The notes beneath the pieces are model-generated. The model had not been told where the DNA came from, did not search any database, and was given only the letters and a program-made list of their open reading frames with translations. A program made the translations under genes and the position numbers. 42,543 nucleotides of DNA from IMG/VR virus record IMGVR_UViG_3300027674_000003, positions 1 to 42,543 of that record. The stretch is one strand, 5' to 3'. This DNA comes from a virus. This document shows, piece after piece, positions 31,287 to 39,393 of the stretch; within the stretch, counting starts at the first letter, position 1; each line of letters opens with the position of its first letter.

Positions 31287-33640
31287 GGCAGATTCGCTCC
31301 TACTGCGGCGCCTTCATTCTTCGCCGCGCCTTGCACCGCTTGCGGGCTTACTTCGTTGCCCGGAATTGCTGACAACGGATTGCCGCCGCGCTGGCCCGTC
31401 AAACTTGCCAGCGCTTCCGCTGCCTGTCCCGCTCCTGCCGGTCCTGGGGGTGGCGCTGCTCCCGCTTTCGCTTGCGTGGTCTGATCGGACATTCTCTGTG
31501 TATAAGATACCACCAAGTTCTGAGTGTCAAGTTCCAATTCCTCGAACTCTTCGGTCAAGGTAAAGTTGGCGAAGACTTTCAGGAACACATCCCACTTTTG
31601 AAATGGCGATTCCTTCGGGAGTTTCCCGGTCTTCAGCGTCTCGAGATCCCGCTCGGCCTTCAGAAATTGCAGATGATCGACAAGGTTCGTTTCGTTTAGC
31701 TGTAACAAGTCGCTCAGGTACTCGCGGGTTGCCGGGTCGCCTGGATCGATCAGTCCAGCCTGAAGACCTGCCTGGACCGCCTGCTGCTTTTCGGAAATAA
31801 GTCGAGGGCGGCTGCTATCAGGAACAAAATCCAAATCGTACATACCATCCAGATCCGCACCCTGAAGCGAAACCATCCCGAATTTGCCATTCGTGCCCGC
31901 TACCTTTACCTTTCGTTCCTCGTCCCAACCGGTGCGCGCGAGTTTTAGGATTTTGCGGTAGCGGATTTGGTTGCCAAGCTCCCACAGGCCGCGCACGGTG
32001 TTGGATTGTTCCTCCGCCTTCGCCCCGAGATAAGCAACGCCTCGAAAACTCTTCACGCCGTCGGGCGCCTGGCCTTGCTGCACGCCCAGTGTGTTGCCGA
32101 TAAGCTGGAAGTCCGCGAGAATTGCCTGGCGAAGCCCGAGCACGACTTCGTGGAATGGCGACGGCTGCACGAATTCCGGCTTGTTCTTGCCTTCGCCGAT
32201 GGGGTCGTATTCGATAACATCCGTCGGGCTGCCGGTTGGTTTTTGGGTCGTTTGCGTCGAGGGCCACAGCCATTTCCCGGCCGCGTTCGCCATTGCCCCA
32301 AGCTCGATCAAGGAATCCAGGCGATTCAGCCGCTTTTGCAGGGGAACAAGGTCGGTTGCCACTCCCATTGGGTAAGCGCTGGCCGGGTCGGCGTCCCAGG
32401 GGAAGAAAGTGTAGGGGTCGTCGCCGCCCAGTTCGTTCGGTCCCCACTGGAGCATGGTTCCACTCGACCAGACCATGAACACACCGGCGTTATGCGCCTT
32501 GTCGATTGTCTCGTCGTCCTTGCCCCAATAGCCGTCTAGCTTCTGCTGGATGGTTTGCGGCAAATCGTTCCAGCGACACCAGATTTCCGTGACTGTGGTT
32601 GTGTCCACCGTCTGCTCGTTCTGGTAGTTGTAGTTGACGAGGGCGCGCAAGGCTTCGAGGTAGATTTCGTGCACGTCGCTCGGGGCCATCGCCTGTAAAT
32701 TCTGCGCGGTCTGCGGGTAACTCTGCCTCAGCGCGCTGATCTTTCGGCGGTAACGCTGAATTTTGCACTCGGCGAGGTTCGGGTTCCTGCAATCGCGCGG
32801 CAAATAAAGCTCGAAGACCGGAACCACTTCGGTTCGCAGCCTGCCCTTGCGAAACACTTTCTGTCCCGCCGGAACTAACCGCTTTTTCTGGTACGGCGTC
32901 GTCGTGCTGGAGCCGCATTCGGGACACTTCTTGTTTCCCTGCGGCATGTCGGTGAAGGATTGCCCCTGCTTTCCGGGCATCTCGGTGTCGGAGTCGCCCG
33001 GCTGATTTTTGCTCGGCTGCGGCGCGTCGCTATTGCCCTTTTCGGCGCTGTCCAGGCTGCTCGTCTTGCCGCAATCGGCGCACGAGAGCATCCAGGTCCC
33101 TACTACGGTGTTTTGTTGGACGGTGACTTGTCCGACGCTGGCGTTGAGGTCGTAGACATCTTTCGTGATGCCGAGTCCCCAAAGGACGGTATGCTTGGCG
33201 AGTAGGGGTCGCAAGACATCAAAGCCACTCTCCAGGTCAGCCGCAGAAATAGCCCGTTCGGCATACTCAGCAGCTCGACGGTTTTTATCCGCATCGTCAT
33301 GAGGGGTACCAACCATCGTAACTTTTCCGAGTTGGTTGGCATTGCTGTTCACCACCCTTTTGAAATGGTTTGTGACCGGCTGAGGTTTCGGCTTGGCCGG
33401 ATTTTGTTTAGCAAGTTGCCAGCGTTTAGATGAGTCGTTCCAGGAGAGCCACTGGCGTCTCTGGTAGAACAGCGCTTCCTCATACCACTCGCGTTCCTCG
33501 GCCCAGCGGTAGCGCGCGTATTCTTGGAAGCGCTGCTCCCCGAAGGACATCAGGATTTTTTCGATTTGGGCTTGCGCTGCGGGGATGCCCTGCTGTCCAC
33601 CTGCGGGGATTGCGCTCTCGGCATAGAGGGGGTCGGCCAT
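31283..33640 (-). CDS. Portal protein (785 aa from MADPLY)
   Basis: Size and position upstream of scaffold and capsid. The ATG at 33640 shares one base with the upstream TGA (TGATG). The 101-aa extension in the track overlaps the upstream gene. Contains a CxxC...CxxC insertion. Confidence 0.6.
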   Translation of the reverse strand: MADPLYAESAIPAGGQQGIPAAQAQIEKILMSFGEQRFQEYARYRWAEEREWYEEALFYQRRQWLSWNDSSKRWQLAKQNPAKPKPQPVTNHFKRVVNSNANQLGKVTMVGTPHDDADKNRRAAEYAERAISAADLESGFDVLRPLLAKHTVLWGLGITKDVYDLNASVGQVTVQQNTVVGTWMLSCADCGKTSSLDSAEKGNSDAPQPSKNQPGDSDTEMPGKQGQSFTDMPQGNKKCPECGSSTTTPYQKKRLVPAGQKVFRKGRLRTEVVPVFELYLPRDCRNPNLAECKIQRYRRKISALRQSYPQTAQNLQAMAPSDVHEIYLEALRALVNYNYQNEQTVDTTTVTEIWCRWNDLPQTIQQKLDGYWGKDDETIDKAHNAGVFMVWSSGTMLQWGPNELGGDDPYTFFPWDADPASAYPMGVATDLVPLQKRLNRLDSLIELGAMANAAGKWLWPSTQTTQKPTGSPTDVIEYDPIGEGKNKPEFVQPSPFHEVVLGLRQAILADFQLIGNTLGVQQGQAPDGVKSFRGVAYLGAKAEEQSNTVRGLWELGNQIRYRKILKLARTGWDEERKVKVAGTNGKFGMVSLQGADLDGMYDLDFVPDSSRPRLISEKQQAVQAGLQAGLIDPGDPATREYLSDLLQLNETNLVDHLQFLKAERDLETLKTGKLPKESPFQKWDVFLKVFANFTLTEEFEELELDTQNLVVSYTQRMSDQTTQAKAGAAPPPGPAGAGQAAEALASLTGQRGGNPLSAIPGNEVSPQAVQGAAKNEGAAVGANLP

Positions 33641-35091
33641 CAGAGCCCTAGATACTCCACCCGAATGTGAATCGCATACTGCATCGGAGTCGCTCCATTG
33701 CTGGCATAGTTCGCTGTTGAATATTGCAGGTTGGTGCTGGCCTTGGCATCCACGATGATCGTTCCTGAATTCACGCCGGCCGCCCCGGCTATGGCTGAGT
33801 TCGTCCCGCCCAGTGTGTTCGTGGTGCTCGTGACCGTGAAACCCGTCCCGACTCCCACGTTTGTATCGTTGTCCGTCCAGTTGGCAACGCACTGCGGCAA
33901 TGTGGATGAAACCGTGGCCGCCTGGGTGACTACCAGATAACACGAGATACGGTAGAAACCGGCGCCCGCTGCCGGCACGAAATAAAGCGGCGTTACGCCT
34001 ATGTTCCCCGATTGCGCCGTTAAGTTGAGAGGTGTGAAACCGGTTGGAATTCCCGCGACGTTGGTCATCGCCGTGCCGTTGGACTTAAAGACGTTGCCGG
34101 TTGCGCCGCTATCGTAGGTTTTCCCCGTGAAAGTTTGCGTCGCCGCCAGAAAAGCAAAGATGTCCGTGCCGCCCGGGTCTGGAATCTGAATGGATCGCGC
34201 TGCAGCCGGGTTCGCCCAGGACAGCGCATAGTTGAACGTCGCTTGCAGCGTGATTGGCTGCATTGTGAAGATGGGCTGCTGTATCGTGGGCGTGATAAGA
34301 AGCCAGTTCGTCGCCGTCGAGGTGTTAAACGTGGCATTGTTGATGATCGGATTCGTGAACGTGCCGCCCGAGTAGGTGTTCGCCGTGTTTGTGAAGTTCT
34401 TGAGCCCGGAAATTGTCTGCCCGTTCGAGAACAGGTCCACGAAGCTGTAGCTTGGCTGCTGCGCGGGCGTCGGGACAATCGTGCTGATGTCGATTGGTCC
34501 CGCGCCTATGGCATAGGTGTTGAAGCTGCTGGTTGTCGTTCCCGCCGGTTGGATTGCCACGCTGTAAGACGTGTAGGCCGGGTTGAGTGCCGAGTTTTGC
34601 GTCACGACACACGGCCCCGTTCCGCCGCTCGCATAGATGCCGCCCACTGTTCCAGCGGCGATAAGGTTATGGGTGCCCCCGAGCGTGAATGTGAATGTTG
34701 TCCCGCCGCCGCCCGTTCCGGTGATAATCATGGGTGCAGCTACGCTCGTTGCATTCAGCACACCATCGGCGGTGCCCCTAAAAATAATGGAATCGCCAAT
34801 TTGCCAAGTCTGGGCCTGAAGGACGGTTACCGTGATCGTTCCCGTTCCAGAAACATTCACTATCGCCGGGTTTGCAATGACGCATGTGACCGTCGTCGGC
34901 GTGAACCTGGCGTTGCCTGAGATTGTGGTGTCGATTCCCGGCCTGAGCGTGAACGTGACGTTGCCGGTTGTAATCCCGGTGTTGGTCAGGTTGGCGACAA
35001 CGCCGTTGAACGTCGTGGTTTGTGCTTGAGCGCTTGAGCATAACAAACCGCATAAGAATAGTGCGGCTATTGCGAAAAGTGCTTGCTTCAT
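33640..35091 (-). CDS. Fibre-like protein with a cleavable-looking signal peptide (483 aa)
   Basis: MKQALFAIAALFLCGLLCSSAQA followed by Thr/Gly/Asn/Ala-rich beta-type sequence. ATGA overlap at 35088..35091. Confidence 0.6.
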   Translation of the reverse strand: MKQALFAIAALFLCGLLCSSAQAQTTTFNGVVANLTNTGITTGNVTFTLRPGIDTTISGNARFTPTTVTCVIANPAIVNVSGTGTITVTVLQAQTWQIGDSIIFRGTADGVLNATSVAAPMIITGTGGGGTTFTFTLGGTHNLIAAGTVGGIYASGGTGPCVVTQNSALNPAYTSYSVAIQPAGTTTSSFNTYAIGAGPIDISTIVPTPAQQPSYSFVDLFSNGQTISGLKNFTNTANTYSGGTFTNPIINNATFNTSTATNWLLITPTIQQPIFTMQPITLQATFNYALSWANPAAARSIQIPDPGGTDIFAFLAATQTFTGKTYDSGATGNVFKSNGTAMTNVAGIPTGFTPLNLTAQSGNIGVTPLYFVPAAGAGFYRISCYLVVTQAATVSSTLPQCVANWTDNDTNVGVGTGFTVTSTTNTLGGTNSAIAGAAGVNSGTIIVDAKASTNLQYSTANYASNGATPMQYAIHIRVEYLGL

Positions 35092-35483
35092 GCTTGGGCC
35101 TTCTGGCCGTGCGCTTCGGCGTGTTCCTGGGCGATGGATTCGTACTCCTGGCGAAGCGATTCCTCGAGGTTTGCCGTTGCTTCGCGCTCGCGCCTGGTGG
35201 CCCGCTCGACTTCGGCCTCGGCGGTTTCTTCCGACATTTCGCTGACGTCGGCCAGGTGCTCGATGCTGTCCGGCTCGCTCGGCTTCTCGGCGCGCGGTGG
35301 CATCATCTGAACGTAGGGAATAAACTTACTCTCCAGCACCATCTTGATTTGGCGGTCTTTTTCGCGGGCGAGTTCCAGAATCTTGTCGGATTGAAGTTGC
35401 TGATGCCTCGTGAGGTCACTGACCAGCTTGATTAGCTCCGATACTTCGGACGGCTTCTGTGTGAATGGCCACCACATTTTCAT
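35088..35483 (-). CDS. Hypothetical acidic coiled-coil protein (131 aa); start uncertain
   Basis: Overlaps the upstream ORF by 68 nt, with no RBS before the ATG at 35483. Confidence 0.45.
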   Translation of the reverse strand: MKMWWPFTQKPSEVSELIKLVSDLTRHQQLQSDKILELAREKDRQIKMVLESKFIPYVQMMPPRAEKPSEPDSIEHLADVSEMSEETAEAEVERATRREREATANLEESLRQEYESIAQEHAEAHGQKAQA

Positions 35484-35736
35484 GGGTTGATCTTAGGACC
35501 TGTTCCACGGAAATTGCAACGCCGTTTTTGGACCATGAGTGCGGGGAATTAACATCCTGCTCGAATCCCGCGGCCTTCAGTTTTTCTTCCTCGACCGCCT
35601 GGCGAGTTTTCGTTTCTCCTTCGCAGCCTGCCGAGCAGTACAGTCCCGTTCCGTGCTTGTGCGGGAATTGCCGCCCGCAGCCGTGGCAGTAAAGGGTCTG
35701 CTGCCGCCCGGCGCCCGCTGGCAGTCCGAACGGCAT
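35416..35736 (-). CDS. Zinc-ribbon protein (106 aa)
   Basis: CHGCG...CSAGC. The ATG shares one base with the upstream TAA (TAATG). Confidence 0.5.
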   Translation of the reverse strand: MPFGLPAGAGRQQTLYCHGCGRQFPHKHGTGLYCSAGCEGETKTRQAVEEEKLKAAGFEQDVNSPHSWSKNGVAISVEQVLRSTHENVVAIHTEAVRSIGANQAGQ

Positions 35737-35975
35737 TAGATGACCTGCGCGGCTTTAGACTTGCCCATCAGGTGCTCATGTAGCTTGCTGATGTTCAAGT
35801 GGTGGTGGCCGCTTGTCGGGTCCTGGTGAATGAAATGACTGACCGGCGGATCTTGCTCGCCCGCGCCGCCTTCGTGGCCCGCCGGATCGCCGCCGGGGGC
35901 CTTGTCGGGTTGCGATGCGCCGACCGTGCTTCTTTCCATTCCGCGCATCCCGCTACGTGCTGCCAGATTTTCCAT
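35736..35975 (-). CDS. His-rich small protein, SGMRG-motif paralog A (79 aa)
   Basis: AAGGAGAG RBS. N-terminus MENLAARSGMRG. The core HFIHQDPTSGHHHLNIS is shared with the neighbouring gene. Confidence 0.6.
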   Translation of the reverse strand: MENLAARSGMRGMERSTVGASQPDKAPGGDPAGHEGGAGEQDPPVSHFIHQDPTSGHHHLNISKLHEHLMGKSKAAQVI

Positions 35976-35983
35976 AACTCTCC

Positions 35984-36268
35984 TTAACTGCGCTCGTTGC
36001 CTTTTGCTTGTTTCGCCGTATCCTTCGTCGCGCCTTCTTCGAATTTGTCTTTGTTCGGTGCTTTGAATTCGCCTGCGCGGTCGTCGTGCGGGCCGGAAGA
36101 TTGCCGCTCCATCGCGTCGGTGATGCTCGATAGGTTCAAGTAGTGATCGCCCGTTTGTTCGTCCTTGTGGACGTGTTCTTCTATCTTGCCGTAGGGATCG
36201 CCGGGACGCGCCGCCGGGGCTTCGTGCTTTTCATCGCCTCGCATTCCAGACTTTTGAGCATGGTTCAT
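35984..36268 (-). CDS. His-rich small protein, SGMRG-motif paralog B (94 aa from MNHAQK)
   Basis: ATG at 36268 lies 1 nt after the upstream TAA. N-terminus MNHAQKSGMRG; core HVHKDEQTGDHYLNLS. Confidence 0.55.
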   Translation of the reverse strand: MNHAQKSGMRGDEKHEAPAARPGDPYGKIEEHVHKDEQTGDHYLNLSSITDAMERQSSGPHDDRAGEFKAPNKDKFEEGATKDTAKQAKGNERS

Positions 36269-36269
36269 T

Positions 36270-36680
36270 TTAGGCTGCCTCGGCATAGGTGGCCAGAATG
36301 GTATCTGTCTCTATTTCAAGATGGCCCGCTACAATTTTAGCCCAAGATTCAGGATTATCGCCGCCCGTCCATTTTTGCGCAAACTCCAGAAGGTTCCAGC
36401 TTGGCTCAAAAGTGTGCGATGCGCCCGAGAGAATTGCCAAGCATTCACGGCGAAGCGCCGAACATCCGTCCGTCTTGTCGCTCAAGTCTGCGGTCCAGTC
36501 GGCTTTTAGATAGATTGTCTTTGCCGCTGCAATACCCCATCCCCGGTCACCAAGTTCAAGGTCGCCGGGATTGTGGATGCGGTAAGGCAATGTGCCTTCT
36601 TTGAGGCCGCCTTCCGCGAGTGCAATGGCTTTTGCCAGCGCGTCGGCTTTGCCTTGAACAAGTGTAATGTCAACGCCCAT
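36270..36680 (-). CDS. Hypothetical protein (136 aa)
   Basis: Coherent ORF. AIALAEGG...HNPGDL...GWGI is faintly reminiscent of cell-wall hydrolase motifs but not diagnostic. Confidence 0.5.
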   Translation of the reverse strand: MGVDITLVQGKADALAKAIALAEGGLKEGTLPYRIHNPGDLELGDRGWGIAAAKTIYLKADWTADLSDKTDGCSALRRECLAILSGASHTFEPSWNLLEFAQKWTGGDNPESWAKIVAGHLEIETDTILATYAEAA

Positions 36681-36695
36681 TTGAATGTTAAACGG

Positions 36696-37055
36696 CTAGA
36701 AACCTTCGCCCACAATGTCCATCGAACATCCGGCGGCGGTTTGCCCGTTGCCCAGTTCGTTGCCCGAGGAATTCACGATCAACTGCATTTTCTGCGTGAC
36801 GGTGTTGTAGAACCAGCCCAGTTCGGCAACCGCCCCGGGAGCTCCGCCACTGTCATTGCTCATGTCCACATAGTCGATTTGCGTCGAGAATCCGAACATC
36901 GCGGGCGTCAACTGATACCCGCCAGTCAAGTAATTCGTGTCGGCGGTGATGCGGATTCGCTTGCGGCGCCGGTCGCCTGGAACCTTGCCCACCACGGTCC
37001 CGTTCGCAACGATCGCGGTTGCTCCGGGCGGAATGTCATTGACTGTGAGTGCCAC
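36696..37055 (-). CDS. Hypothetical small structural-module protein (119 aa)
   Basis: GTG start with an AAGGGGGAA RBS. Beta-rich composition. Confidence 0.55.
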   Translation of the reverse strand: MALTVNDIPPGATAIVANGTVVGKVPGDRRRKRIRITADTNYLTGGYQLTPAMFGFSTQIDYVDMSNDSGGAPGAVAELGWFYNTVTQKMQLIVNSSGNELGNGQTAAGCSMDIVGEGF

Positions 37056-37064
37056 GGTTCCCCC

Positions 37065-38396
37065 TTAGTTATCGAGATACACGCGCATGTCAAGAAGCTG
37101 CGCGCTCGTTGTGCTGCTCGACATGGTGATGTTGGCTGTCACCGTGTTTGCCGCGGTGAGGTTGATGGCTGAGCTTGCCGCGCCGTGAATGTTGTCGGCT
37201 TGGCGGGTGAGCGCGGCCAGATTGTTTGCCGTCGCCAAATTCACATCCTGCTCGCCTGTGCACATGAGCGTGCCGGCTGCTCCGGTGGATTGTGTCGTAC
37301 AGCGCCAATCGAAATAAAACTGCGCGTTGGTTTGGCCGCCGGTGATGATTGCCGGGCTAGTGATGGTCATCGGGGTTATGCCGCCCATGACGAGAGAAAG
37401 AGTCATCGTTCCGGTTTGCGCGCCCGAGGTGTAAACGCCTTGCCCGACGATGCGCAGGATCTTGCCGATTTGGTTCTGTACGTTAGGCTGCATGGGGCAA
37501 CTGCCGAGGACTTGAATGGTGGTGATCGTGGCGAGCGCGGTTTGGGGCAGAAGATTGCAGATTGTTTCGGGGATTCCTGCGGGATAAGCCGCGTTGTTTT
37601 GAACCGGAGTCGGCGTGCCGCCCGCCGCGAATCCCGCCGGCGAGCCTGGAATGTTGGGAGTGAAAACAGTCGGCACGGCAAAGATTAAATTCGTCAAGAC
37701 CGCATTCGTGCCAAACGGGCAAACGGTCAGTCCGGTGCCGGGGCCATTGATGCTGTTCACTTGGAAAGCTCCCGCGCACACTGCCGTTGACATCGGTTGC
37801 GTCAGTTCCGTGAGTGTCGCGTTGCTCAGTCCTACGCCGCTGGCGTTCGTGGAATCCACGACATAACCCGCCGCGCCTGCCGCCGCGAGCGGCGCGGTAA
37901 CGGTGATTGTGCTTGTGCCGCTGCCGGTCGTTGTCTGTGTGGCTTCCTGGGCCGCGGTGATGATCGTTGAGCCGCCAGTGATGGTAATGTAGCGAATTCC
38001 CAGACGGTAGGATGTTCCGTTGGGAATGAATCCTCCCGTCGTCGCTGTCGCCAGCGCCGCCACCGGGGCGTTGGGAAGGTTCCCCCAGCCGGTGTTCACG
38101 TTTCCAAGCGTCTGCCCCAGAGTGCCGGCCACCATTTGCTGAATGCAGGACGTGACGCCGCTGAGATAGGTGCTCTCAAAACACAGTCCGCCGTTATAGC
38201 CGTTCAGCACTAAGCCTTGCGGCGAATAGCGGTATCCGGTGGCTTGCGCCAGAACCGTGTTGGCGAGCTCGAATGTCGTGCCGACAAGAACCAAAATCAG
38301 CGCGAGGATTACGAAAACTTGTCGGAGTCTCTTCCAGGTTGCTTTCTTCACGTTGTTTCTCCTTGCTTCGCTTAGCGGCTTTCCTGTCGGTGCCAT
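37065..38396 (-). CDS. Fibre-like protein with an N-terminal signal-anchor (443 aa)
   Basis: GAGGAGGGAG RBS. Basic N-terminus, then VFVILALILVLVGTTFELANTVLAQA, followed by Thr/Gly/Ala/Asn-rich sequence. Confidence 0.6.
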   Translation of the reverse strand: MAPTGKPLSEARRNNVKKATWKRLRQVFVILALILVLVGTTFELANTVLAQATGYRYSPQGLVLNGYNGGLCFESTYLSGVTSCIQQMVAGTLGQTLGNVNTGWGNLPNAPVAALATATTGGFIPNGTSYRLGIRYITITGGSTIITAAQEATQTTTGSGTSTITVTAPLAAAGAAGYVVDSTNASGVGLSNATLTELTQPMSTAVCAGAFQVNSINGPGTGLTVCPFGTNAVLTNLIFAVPTVFTPNIPGSPAGFAAGGTPTPVQNNAAYPAGIPETICNLLPQTALATITTIQVLGSCPMQPNVQNQIGKILRIVGQGVYTSGAQTGTMTLSLVMGGITPMTITSPAIITGGQTNAQFYFDWRCTTQSTGAAGTLMCTGEQDVNLATANNLAALTRQADNIHGAASSAINLTAANTVTANITMSSSTTSAQLLDMRVYLDN

Positions 38397-38456
38397 CCTA
38401 CTCCCTCCTCGTGCGCGTCAAAAAGCAAATTCCAAGTCCTGATGCGAATTCGATAC

Positions 38457-38639
38457 CTACGGTCGCCAGCCGTGATGCCACAAGAGGCCGAGAAGTAGCA
38501 GCACGGCCAGCAGTAGAATTTTGATGGTCGTGCGAACCTGATCCGCATGCCGGTGTTTCAGGTAATCGTACGAGGGTTCCTTGTTTGGCGCTTTGTTTTG
38601 GGATGGCATGTTATTCCAGGGCTCGAAATCGCCGGACAT
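38457..38639 (-). CDS. Small protein with a C-terminal TM helix (60 aa)
   Basis: Starts at MSGDFEPW, sharing one base with the upstream TAA (TAATG). Ends IKILLLAVLLLLGLLW. Confidence 0.45.
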   Translation of the reverse strand: MSGDFEPWNNMPSQNKAPNKEPSYDYLKHRHADQVRTTIKILLLAVLLLLGLLWHHGWRP

Positions 38640-38875
38640 TACGGCTTTACCGTTGGCGCCGGGTCGCCGTTCACACCTCCCAGCGTTTCGGTCGAAATGC
38701 TCTTGTACACCGTACTCCGCGCGTTGATGGCGATATAGCCGATGAGATAGATTGCCGCCTTGTACACCTTTTGCGCCTTCGGGAAATCGTTCAGAAAGTC
38801 CCACGGCGGCAATGCGCTGTGAAGGATCGACGCGATAAAGACCGTGCGCGTCAGAATGTCAATCCAGTTGTGCAT
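38639..38875 (-). CDS. Two-TM small membrane protein, holin-like (78 aa)
   Basis: AGGAGG RBS. Hydrophobic segments ILTRTVFIASILHSAL and AAIYLIGYIAINA. Confidence 0.45.
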   Translation of the reverse strand: MHNWIDILTRTVFIASILHSALPPWDFLNDFPKAQKVYKAAIYLIGYIAINARSTVYKSISTETLGGVNGDPAPTVKP

Positions 38876-38884
38876 GAAATCCTC

Positions 38885-39139
38885 CTAGATCCCGTTGATT
38901 AACTTGCGGACCAACACCGCGAATTCCTGCCTCTCGTCCTTCGGCAATCCCGCAGTGATGGCCGCTTGGATGATTTGTTCCGCCATCATGGACCGAGCTT
39001 TGCGACCGATGCCGTTCAAATCCCTGCGAGTCTGTCCGTGCTGATCGTCCTGTTTCTCGTTCAGGAATTTAACCGTCGCCAGCATGACGCCGGCCTGAAC
39101 AAGCACTCCAGCAATGGCAATGACAAGCGTGATGCTCAA
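38885..39139 (-). CDS. Single-TM small membrane protein (84 aa)
   Basis: TTG start overlaps the upstream stop (TTGA 39136..39139). N-terminal ITLVIAIAGVLVQAGVMLATV. Confidence 0.45.
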   Translation of the reverse strand: MSITLVIAIAGVLVQAGVMLATVKFLNEKQDDQHGQTRRDLNGIGRKARSMMAEQIIQAAITAGLPKDERQEFAVLVRKLINGI

Positions 39140-39381
39140 TTATCCGCCTGCGCGCCCGTTAGCGCTTTCCGCAGCTCGTTGATGACGTTTTCCAGTACAC
39201 CATGCGGAATGACGACCCAAGACATCGCCGTGAGTGTTTCCAGCACGTCCTTGATGTCCTGTTCATCCTGCGCCAAATCCTTCGCTTCTTTATGCTTCCT
39301 GCGCCTGGAAAGCGCCATAGACAGCGCTGTGATGGCCCACTCGTCTAGAATTGAACGCCCCTTGTTGTCGAATGGCCCCAT
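39136..39381 (-). CDS. Hypothetical small protein (81 aa)
   Basis: ATG at 39381, shortly after the stop of the 702-aa gene. Confidence 0.5.
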   Translation of the reverse strand: MGPFDNKGRSILDEWAITALSMALSRRRKHKEAKDLAQDEQDIKDVLETLTAMSWVVIPHGVLENVINELRKALTGAQADN

Positions 39382-39393
39382 GTCCTTTCGCGC

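Noticed and set aside
33641-33943. The 101-aa N-terminal extension of the portal ORF (track 31283..33943)
   Set aside because: It overlaps the C-terminus of the 483-aa fibre-like gene in another frame and is His/Arg/Gly-rich. The ATG at 33640 abuts the upstream stop.
35416-35483. Programmed frameshift joining 35416..35736 to 35088..35483
   Set aside because: A 68-nt overlap exists and the downstream ATG lacks an RBS. However, the frame relation would need a +1 shift, and no slippery or pause motif was evident. It is noted only as start-site uncertainty.
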